Below, one piece after another: positions 54,315 to 61,511 of a stretch of DNA of 64,000 nucleotides. A program made the position numbers and the translations under genes. The stretch comes from Candidatus Roizmanbacteria bacterium RIFCSPLOWO2_01_FULL_40_13 (GTDB lineage: Bacteria > Patescibacteriota > Microgenomatia > UBA1406 > GWC2-37-13), in assembly GCA_001789745.1 (NCBI GenBank), contig MGAN01000002.1:7916-71915 (forward strand). The letters are read 5' to 3'. The notes under the pieces are model-generated. The model did not search any database and was not told the DNA's origin. It saw nothing but the letters and a program-made list of their open reading frames with translations. Within the stretch, counting starts at the first letter, position 1. Each line of letters begins with the position of its first letter.

Positions 54315-55465
54315 ACCTGCTTCTGTATTTAACTATATTTCTATTTTCGCTTGGGCAGATCGGGAGGATTTCTTTTTTTGGTCAGCAAATAAATCTTTAT
54401 TTATACGAGATTTTAGTCTTATCGGGATTAATGGTTTTATTGGGAAAATACCGGTTGAAACCGCTGACCGATTCATTCAAAGAATATCGTCTAGCGTATA
54501 TTTTTTTTATCTGGCTGGCGCTCTCTTTTTTAATAGGGATCAGCCAATATAAAGCGATAGAGAACTTCGTAGGTTTTTTATACCTGGTTAGGATTGTATT
54601 ATACTGGACTTACGGGATATTTTTGAGGCGTTGGATCGACGGGAATTTTGCCAGCGGAAAAATACTGGATAATTCAATGCGCTTACTTATTATTTTAGTT
54701 ATTTTATTTTCGGCAGTCCAGTATCTTTTTTATCCCAATTTAAGGAATTTAATCTATGCTGGCTGGGATCCGCATCTGTACCGCATGTTCGGTACTTTTT
54801 TTGATACTTCGGTTGCAGGCGCCGTCTACGGGCTAATCCTGATGAGGCTTTTTTTTACAGGCGATGGGATCAGCAAAAATAAATTTATTAAAAAAGCGTT
54901 AATGATTGTTTTTTTGGTTTTTATTGTGCTGACTTATTCAAGAATTTTGTATTTGAGTTTGACCATTGCGGCTGGTTTTTTTGCGGTTAGGAAAAAAAGG
55001 TTTAAAGCGATACTTGTATTTATATTCCTATTCGGCGCCTTGATACTGCTGTCGCCAAAGCCTTTTGGTGAAGGGGTAAACCTGATGCGTACTTTTTCAA
55101 TACGGTCACGGGTTGCCGACTATCAGAATGCTTTAAAAATCTGGGAGAAAAATCCAATTTTTGGCATTGGCTACAATCGTTTGCGCTATGCCAAAGTGAA
55201 GTTGAATCTGATCGAAGAGGCCGGATCGGAGTTGACTCACTCGGGAGCATCTTTTCACTCGAGTTTTCTGATCATCCTGGCGACAAGCGGAACAGCGGGT
55301 CTGGTATTTTTTATTTCATTGCTGGTTGGATTGGCGAGGCTGCATCAGCCGGCAAGATATCCGCTAATGTTTTTGAGCCTGTTGTCTTTGGGGGATAATG
55401 TGCTGCTGCATCCTTTTGTTTTGTTTTTGTTGGTGACGATTCTTGCTACTCCTTTTCGTAAGTGA
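54311..55465 (+). CDS. O-antigen ligase/polymerase-like (Wzy_C domain) membrane protein
   Basis: Polytopic protein. HSGASFHSSFLIILATSG resembles the Wzy_C loop. ATGA start/stop overlap with the upstream GT2. Confidence 0.72.
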   Translation: MNLLLYLTIFLFSLGQIGRISFFGQQINLYLYEILVLSGLMVLLGKYRLKPLTDSFKEYRLAYIFFIWLALSFLIGISQYKAIENFVGFLYLVRIVLYWTYGIFLRRWIDGNFASGKILDNSMRLLIILVILFSAVQYLFYPNLRNLIYAGWDPHLYRMFGTFFDTSVAGAVYGLILMRLFFTGDGISKNKFIKKALMIVFLVFIVLTYSRILYLSLTIAAGFFAVRKKRFKAILVFIFLFGALILLSPKPFGEGVNLMRTFSIRSRVADYQNALKIWEKNPIFGIGYNRLRYAKVKLNLIEEAGSELTHSGASFHSSFLIILATSGTAGLVFFISLLVGLARLHQPARYPLMFLSLLSLGDNVLLHPFVLFLLVTILATPFRK

Positions 55466-56162
55466 CGGTGAGGATCTTAGTTTCGAGATTTTCCGCAATG
55501 TCTTGGGCGCTGACCTCGATTTTATTTTCACCCTCCTTAAGCTTTACCAATGTCTGGAAGAAGCCTTGAGCGTCGACCACAACGGGAAGATTGTTGATAC
55601 GGATATAAGTTTCTTTATCAGTGGTGCCGGCGACCTTGATCTCTTGGGAGTTGGTTTTTGATCCATCTTCGGGTTCCAAGATCTCAAGTTTTGGTTTATC
55701 GCTTTTGTAGATGACAGTGTAGACTTTGGACTTTTTTTCATCCGTCGCATCTTTGGTCTTGCCGATGACAAAGACTTCGTTCTCTCCGCCGTTCAGATCG
55801 CCGATTTCTTCACTGAAGCTGTCGGATACCAGGAGAGGTGTCTCTTTGACCAGATCACCGTTGAGATAGAATTCGACCAGCTCGAAATTGATGACCGACC
55901 CGCCGATTATGATCCTGGATCTGTTGGTAGCCACCGGCAAACTGTCGATGTCAATATCGGCAATAAGACGGTCGTTTCTATTTACGGGTTCGGACTCCTT
56001 TTGTCCCAAGCGGGCGATAAAGTGGGAAGTATTAAGCAAAAGATTGATACCGACCGTGAAAATAAGAATAATTACTGCAGCTAAAATAAATAAGGCAAAC
56101 CAGACCGATCGGTTTTGTTTATTGTTTTGGTGGCGGGAATAGGCAATCATACTATGGTACAA
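55446..56162 (-). CDS. membrane-anchored protein with Ig-like beta-sandwich repeats, unknown function
   Basis: N-terminal TM, then two segments of about 90 aa with alternating beta-strand patterns. No catalytic motif. Confidence 0.5.
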   Translation of the reverse strand: MYHSMIAYSRHQNNKQNRSVWFALFILAAVIILIFTVGINLLLNTSHFIARLGQKESEPVNRNDRLIADIDIDSLPVATNRSRIIIGGSVINFELVEFYLNGDLVKETPLLVSDSFSEEIGDLNGGENEVFVIGKTKDATDEKKSKVYTVIYKSDKPKLEILEPEDGSKTNSQEIKVAGTTDKETYIRINNLPVVVDAQGFFQTLVKLKEGENKIEVSAQDIAENLETKILTVTYEKE

Positions 56163-56178
56163 TTATATCATTAAAACT

Positions 56179-56196
56179 GCCGGTGTAGCTCAGTTG
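56179..56196 (+). pseudogene. 5' fragment of a tRNA (acceptor + D arm only)
   Basis: gccggtgtagctcagttg is followed by an unrelated hairpin. No matching 3' acceptor strand. Confidence 0.4.
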
Positions 56197-56248
56197 AAAT
56201 CCTCCCTCGTCCGACTAGGCGGGATTTCGGAAGACAAGGATGAGAGTT

Positions 56249-56319
56249 GCCGTCTTAGCTCAATGGAAGAGCAGCGGTTTCGTAAACCGTCGACGGGAGT
56301 TCGATTCTCCCAGATGGCT
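56249..56319 (+). tRNA. tRNA-Thr (anticodon CGT)
   Basis: Acceptor gccgtct/agatggc, anticodon arm gcggt-ttCGTaa-accgt, T arm gggag-ttcgatt-ctccc. Confidence 0.88.
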
Positions 56320-56400
56320 CATAAAAATTAGCAGGGTTTGCGCTTCGAAACTTTTATGCGAGGCGGCATTTAAACTTCCCGACCACCGGCTTAAGTAAGC

Positions 56401-56531
56401 TATAGTTAGCGTAAAACAAAATGTCGTATTTGTCATCCTGAACTTGGTTTGGGAACCGATTGATAAGATGCTGAATTAAATTCAGAATGACACGGAATAC
56501 CATCTGTCATTTCGTTTTGCGATCGCTATAG
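56401..56531 (+). mobile_element. MITE-like element family C, copy 1
   Basis: Terminal inverted repeats ctatagttagcgtaaaacaaaatg / catttcgttttgcgatcgctatag, with central hairpin gctgaattaaattcag. Confidence 0.75.
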
Positions 56532-56632
56532 ATACCTGACGGATGCACTTTTGTTTATTACGACTGGCTAAAATTGAGCGGGAAACGAGAATTGAATTCG
56601 CGTTTTATCCTTGCCCCGTATAATTAGCAAAG

Positions 56633-56704
56633 AGCGGTGGAGGGGATTTGAACCCCTGACCTTCTCCTTGGGAAGGAGACATTCTACCGCTGAACTACCA
56701 CCGC
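56633..56704 (-). tRNA. tRNA-Gly (anticodon CCC)
   Basis: The reverse complement folds as gcggtgg...tctcc-ttCCCaa-ggaga...agggg-ttcaaat-cccct-ccaccgc. Confidence 0.88.
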
Positions 56705-56758
56705 ACTTCTTCGCTAAAACTTCGGAGTGTGAACGCAACAAATTTTAAATGATATGTT

Positions 56759-57334
56759 TTACCTGGGAATAATTAGTCTGGTGCCGGCTTCGAGATTGTT
56801 GGGGTTGTATAACTGATTGGCCTCGGCGATCTTTGTCCAAGCATAGCTGTCGCCATATGCCTGAAGCGCAACAGTTACCAACGTATCTCCTTGCTTGACA
56901 ATATAGATTTCTTCTTTCATCCCGACTTTTTCCGTGCGGGCGGCTTCTTCGGTAATCGTGCCGGTGGTAGGAAATTTGGGTGTTACTTCGGGGATAACCA
57001 ACTTTTGACCAACTTCAATCAGATCGGAATTGCTTAAGTGATTGGCAGTCATAATATCGGTCAAGTTTTCACCGGATCCGTAGTACTTCTCGGCTATAAG
57101 ATAGAGCGTATCACCAGAGACGACCGTGTGAGTGCGAGATTTGCTATCCTGTACAGCCGCCGTTTTTTTCTCTTTGGTTGGGGTTTTGGATACGGCGGGT
57201 TGTCTGTTGTTCCAGAGTGAAGATAAGCTAAGCGAGACAATCAGCAAAATTATGATCAGACCCAGCGAAAAAGGAAGCGGATTATTTTTAATTCGGGAGG
57301 AGAGTGTGTTTAGAGTAGGTTGGTTTTTATCCAT
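56759..57334 (-). CDS. membrane-anchored protein with two LysM domains
   Basis: HTVVSGDTLYLIAEKYYG...LVIP and YIVKQGDTLVTVALQAYG...LIIP. Start moved to Met42 because the tracked N-terminus overlaps tRNA-Asp. Confidence 0.8.
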   Translation of the reverse strand: MDKNQPTLNTLSSRIKNNPLPFSLGLIIILLIVSLSLSSLWNNRQPAVSKTPTKEKKTAAVQDSKSRTHTVVSGDTLYLIAEKYYGSGENLTDIMTANHLSNSDLIEVGQKLVIPEVTPKFPTTGTITEEAARTEKVGMKEEIYIVKQGDTLVTVALQAYGDSYAWTKIAEANQLYNPNNLEAGTRLIIPR

Positions 57335-57366
57335 AATTCCTCCTTCGTCGGAAACGGATTCTAATG

Positions 57367-57441
57367 CGGGGCCAAAGGGACTTGAACCCTCAGCCTCTGC
57401 CGTGACAGGGCAGCGCTCTGACCAAATTGAGCTATGACCCC
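57367..57441 (-). tRNA. tRNA-Asp (anticodon GTC)
   Basis: The reverse complement folds as ggggtca...ctgcc-ctGTCac-ggcag...gaggg-ttcaagt-ccctt-tggcccc. Confidence 0.88.
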
Positions 57442-57583
57442 ATTTTTTTAAAAACAAAAATCAAAAAATGCATTATAATGGTAACATAATATCAGTCAAT
57501 TTCAAGCTTTATTAGGAGTCCTGACCCGGTTTCGCTTCCACAAGTTCTCTGAGTTGATCAGATGAATAAGAAAATCAATTAGG

Positions 57584-59455
57584 ATGTATAAATTAGAAAA
57601 TTACTCCAACAAGGAAATCACCCACCTTCTTCGATCAATTGCGGCCGTGCACCAACTTAAAGGTAAAAATAGATTCCGCACAATCGCCTATGAAAATGCG
57701 GCAGACGCGGTGGAGCACCTGTCGCGGGAGATTAAAGATGTCTGGGAAGAGGGAAAAATCTACCAGGTCCCGGGGATCGGAGAGATAATCGGATCAAGCC
57801 TAAACGAACTATTTAAACAGGGGAGATCGAAGCATTTTGACTCGATTTTGGCTCAAGTTCCAACGCCTGTTTTTGAATTGATGAAAGTTAGGTCAATCGG
57901 TCCAAAACGAGCTTACAAACTGGTGACAATTTTAGGATTAGATCATTCCGACAATATTTTTACAGATCTGAAAAAAGCAGGAGAAGAGGGAAAAATAGCT
58001 GAAATTGAGAATTTCGGAAAGAAATCCGAACAAGAAATAATCGCAGCTATCAACCTCTATCGGCAAAGGTCTGCCAAAGCGGATAGGATGCCCATTCCCT
58101 ATGCCAAAAGAATTGCGGATGAAGTAATTAATTACTTAAAGAATCACCCGCAAGTTATGAGGGTTGACGCGCTTGGATCTTTACGCCGCTGGGAAGCAAC
58201 AATTGGAGATGTAGACCTTGCGGTCCAAGTTAAGCGTGAAAAGTTAAACGGGAAAAGTTATAAAAACATAATTGATTACTTTATTAAATATCCCAAAAAA
58301 ATCAAAGTTGAAAATGCCGGGGAGAATAAGGCTTCGATTATCGTCTCGCCCAATATCCGAATTGACCTGAGAATACAGGAAGAGGCGGGTTACGGGTCGA
58401 TGTTACAATACTTCACCGGCAGCAAAGCGCATAATATAAAACTTAGAGAACATGCGCTGGCCGAAGGTTTTTCGTTAAATGAATATGGACTGAAGAAAAT
58501 TCGAAGTCCTTCGACCTCGCTCAGGACAAGTCCGAAATCCCCGCCTCAGCGGAAAGGGGGGGATCCCCGAAATAATTCTCAAATTATGGAGTTTTCGAAT
58601 GAACACAGACTCTATGAATTTGTTGACTTGCAATATATACCGCCTGAAATAAGGGAAGGGACAAATGAAATAGAATTGGCGCAAAAAAACCAAATTCCCA
58701 AGCTGGTCGAGGTCGCAGATATTAAGGGAGATTTGCATGTTCACTCATCGTACAATTTACAACCCTCGCATGATTTGGGCGAAAACACTTATGAGGAGAT
58801 GTTAAAGAAGGCCAAAGAGCTTAAGTATCAATATTTGGGATTTGCAGAGCATAATCCGAAGACGTCAGGGTTGAATGAAAAGGAGATAATTGAGATAATG
58901 AAAAAAAGATATCTGGAAATTGAGAAAATAAGAGACGCAGAGATTAAGGTAAAGTGTTTTATTGGACTTGAGGCGGATATCCTGCCGGATGGAAGTTTGG
59001 CGCTTCCAGAGAAAGCTATAGACTATGTTGATTATTTGGTTGTTTCGGTTCACAGCGCATTTAATCTGAATGTAAAAGCGATGACGGAAAGAGTGCTGAA
59101 AGCGCTCGAGTATCCCAAAGTCAAGGCGCTCGGTCATCCTACGGGACGGTTGTTGGGAAAAAGAGAGGGATTTGAACTGGATTGGGAGAGAATTTTCAAT
59201 TTTTGCGCAAGGAAAAATATCGCGCTGGAAATTAATTCCTGGCCGCAGAGACTGGATCTGCCTGATACTTTGGCAAGGGAGGGATTAAGACACGAGGTCA
59301 AGTATATTATTAATACAGACGCGCATGCGACGCAAGAGATGGAAGGGATGCGCTATGGCGTATCTGTCGCCAGACGCGGCTGGTGCGGGAGAAGTGATAT
59401 AATAAATACATTAAATTATTCAGCTTTCAAGAAATGGCTGAATAATAAATCCTAA
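57584..59455 (+). CDS. polX: family X DNA polymerase with C-terminal PHP domain
   Basis: HhH motifs, GSLRRWEATIGDVDLAV, PHP DLHVHSSY ... NTDAH. In-frame repeat insert at about 58502-58582. Confidence 0.88.
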   Translation: MYKLENYSNKEITHLLRSIAAVHQLKGKNRFRTIAYENAADAVEHLSREIKDVWEEGKIYQVPGIGEIIGSSLNELFKQGRSKHFDSILAQVPTPVFELMKVRSIGPKRAYKLVTILGLDHSDNIFTDLKKAGEEGKIAEIENFGKKSEQEIIAAINLYRQRSAKADRMPIPYAKRIADEVINYLKNHPQVMRVDALGSLRRWEATIGDVDLAVQVKREKLNGKSYKNIIDYFIKYPKKIKVENAGENKASIIVSPNIRIDLRIQEEAGYGSMLQYFTGSKAHNIKLREHALAEGFSLNEYGLKKIRSPSTSLRTSPKSPPQRKGGDPRNNSQIMEFSNEHRLYEFVDLQYIPPEIREGTNEIELAQKNQIPKLVEVADIKGDLHVHSSYNLQPSHDLGENTYEEMLKKAKELKYQYLGFAEHNPKTSGLNEKEIIEIMKKRYLEIEKIRDAEIKVKCFIGLEADILPDGSLALPEKAIDYVDYLVVSVHSAFNLNVKAMTERVLKALEYPKVKALGHPTGRLLGKREGFELDWERIFNFCARKNIALEINSWPQRLDLPDTLAREGLRHEVKYIINTDAHATQEMEGMRYGVSVARRGWCGRSDIINTLNYSAFKKWLNNKS

Positions 59456-59596
59456 TTTCTAATCCTTCGATTAACACTCTGGTCTTCGACTCCGAGCCAA
59501 TTGCTCAGATTCGAGGAGATTATCCTGAGCTTGTCGAATGGATAAATTCTAAACAAATTGAAATGATCAAAATTCAAAAATCCAAAAAATATTCCT

Positions 59597-59791
59597 CCCC
59601 TGTTTCACCTCCTTTCCTAAGAGACTGTTTGAAAACTTGGTTTTATGTCATTTCGACCGAAGCGAACGAAGTGAGCGAAGTGGAGAAATCCCTTTTTGGT
59701 TTTGATTAAGAGATTCCTCGACTCGTTACACTCGCTCGGAATGACACTGTCTTGAGTTTTCAAACAGGCTCTAAGGAGGTGATAAACGGGG
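59597..59791. repeat. 195-bp nested inverted repeat (outer arms cccctgtttcacctcc...ctgtttgaaaac; inner arms gtcatttcgaccgaagcgaacgaagtgagcg / cgctcggaatgac)
   Basis: Both arm pairs were read and reverse-complemented by hand. MITE or structured RNA. Confidence 0.65.
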
Positions 59792-59885
59792 TGGTTGTTT
59801 TGAAAATTCTGACCTTTAAGTTTAGAATTTATTTAGAGTTTAGAATTTAGGGTTCAGAATTTTATTTTGAAAGGCGGTGATAATT

Positions 59886-60437
59886 ATGGAACCATTGTAT
59901 ATATTAATCGGAGCCGTAGTATTGTTGGCCGTTTATTTGGTCGCGACTTATAACGGCTTTGTAGTTTTAAAAACCAGAATTCAGGAGGCGTTTTCCGGTA
60001 TTGATGTTCAACTTAAGCGAAGAGCAGACCTTATTCCCAATCTGGTTGAAACAATCAAAGGTTATGCCAAACATGAAAAGAGCGTATTTGAAAATGTAAC
60101 AAAAGCCAGATCGGCGCTGATGTCCGCCAAAACACCCGCAGATAAGGCAGAAGCCAATAACATGTTAACCGGAGCTTTGAAATCGCTATTTGCCGTAGCC
60201 GAAGCTTATCCCGATCTTAAGGCGAGCGATAATTTCAAGGACCTGCAAAGGCAACTGGAGGATACGGAAGACAAGATCGCTTATTCAAGACAGTTTTACA
60301 ATTCCAACGTCTTGGAGTATAATACGCGAGTAAAAACTTTTCCCAGCAATCTACTGGCCAATATGTTCGCTTTTAAAGAGGAAGAGTTTTTCGCCGCCGG
60401 AGAAGAAGAGAGGAAGAAAATTGAGGTTAAATTTTGA
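59886..60437 (+). CDS. lemA: LemA family protein
   Basis: N-terminal [10 protein letters not shown]..., [23 protein letters not shown]. Confidence 0.88.
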   Translation: MEPLYILIGAVVLLAVYLVATYNGFVVLKTRIQEAFSGIDVQLKRRADLIPNLVETIKGYAKHEKSVFENVTKARSALMSAKTPADKAEANNMLTGALKSLFAVAEAYPDLKASDNFKDLQRQLEDTEDKIAYSRQFYNSNVLEYNTRVKTFPSNLLANMFAFKEEEFFAAGEEERKKIEVKF

Positions 60438-60542
60438 TAGGGTCGATTTTAGATTCCTTTCCATAAGTCCTCTTTCACTTCGACACCCGGCAAAGTATGG
60501 TTTTTTTGTTTAACGTTATACGTTTCATGGCAGATATATTAA

Positions 60543-61442
60543 ATGACTGTATATCAGCAAATTGCGAATAATAAAGCCAGGACTTATGCGATAATCCTGA
60601 CCTTTATCCTGTTAGTAACAGGTTTTTTCTTATTGATCGGCAACTACATTCAGTCGCCTACTGCCTACTTAATCATTGGGTTGTCTTTTTCGTTATTTTC
60701 AACCATAGGCAGTTATTTTTATTCAGACAGGATCGTATTATTTACTACCGGTGCCAGGCTAGCCAAAAAAGAGGAGTTTTTTGACTTTTATACTGTTATA
60801 GAGAACTTAAGTATTGCTGCGGGATTACCCATGCCCAAACTCTACGTAATTGACGATCCTGCGCCTAATGCTTTTGCCACGGGTAGAGATCCCAAACATG
60901 CGGTTGTCGCCGCAACCACGGGACTTTTGGAGAAGTTGGAGCGGACGGAACTTGAAGGCGTGCTAGCCCACGAACTTTCGCATATCAGAAATTTAGATAT
61001 ATTAGTCTCATCGATCGTAGCAGTATTAGTCGGGACAGTGGCTTTGCTATCCGACTGGATCATGAGAAATCTGTGGTGGAGCGGTTTGCGGAAAAGTGAA
61101 GACAGAAATAATCGTAATCCTTTTATGATGATATTCATAATCTTAGTGCTGATCTTAACGCCAATTATTGCCACATTAATTCAGTTGGCAGTATCAAGAA
61201 GACGGGAATTTTTGGCCGATGCATCGGGCGCGCTCCTGACCAGATATCCCGAGGGATTGGCGCGGGCATTGGAGAAAATCTCAACAGACGGCAATGTCCT
61301 GCGCAACGCTTCAAGTTCTACCGCGCATTTATTTATCATGAATCCCTTTAAAAAAGTCAAAAAAGCTTCTTCAATATTTACCAGTCTTTTTAGCACACAC
61401 CCGCCCCTAGAAGAAAGAATTAAGATACTAAGAAGTATGTGA
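60543..61442 (+). CDS. htpX: M48 family zinc metalloprotease HtpX
   Basis: HELSHIRN (HExxH), 4 TM, EFLADASG. lemA-htpX pairing. Confidence 0.9.
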   Translation: MTVYQQIANNKARTYAIILTFILLVTGFFLLIGNYIQSPTAYLIIGLSFSLFSTIGSYFYSDRIVLFTTGARLAKKEEFFDFYTVIENLSIAAGLPMPKLYVIDDPAPNAFATGRDPKHAVVAATTGLLEKLERTELEGVLAHELSHIRNLDILVSSIVAVLVGTVALLSDWIMRNLWWSGLRKSEDRNNRNPFMMIFIILVLILTPIIATLIQLAVSRRREFLADASGALLTRYPEGLARALEKISTDGNVLRNASSSTAHLFIMNPFKKVKKASSIFTSLFSTHPPLEERIKILRSM

Positions 61443-61506
61443 AACGTAAAACATAAAACATGAAGCATAAATAATAAATGTTTCAAGTTTCAGGTTTCAT
61501 GTTTCA
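61440..61506 (+). terminator. 29-bp-arm imperfect hairpin built from heptamers (tgaaacg taaaaca taaaaca tgaagca ... gtttcaa gtttcag gtttcat gtttca)
   Basis: Hand pairing gives 25 of 29 positions paired, including 2 G:U. Spans the htpX stop to 5 nt before the asnB start. Confidence 0.5.
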
Positions 61507-61511
61507 TTTAG

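Noticed and set aside
57335-57457. N-terminal 41 aa of the tracked ORF 56759-57457.
   Set aside because: It overlaps the tRNA-Asp gene on the same strand. The LysM protein most plausibly starts at Met42.
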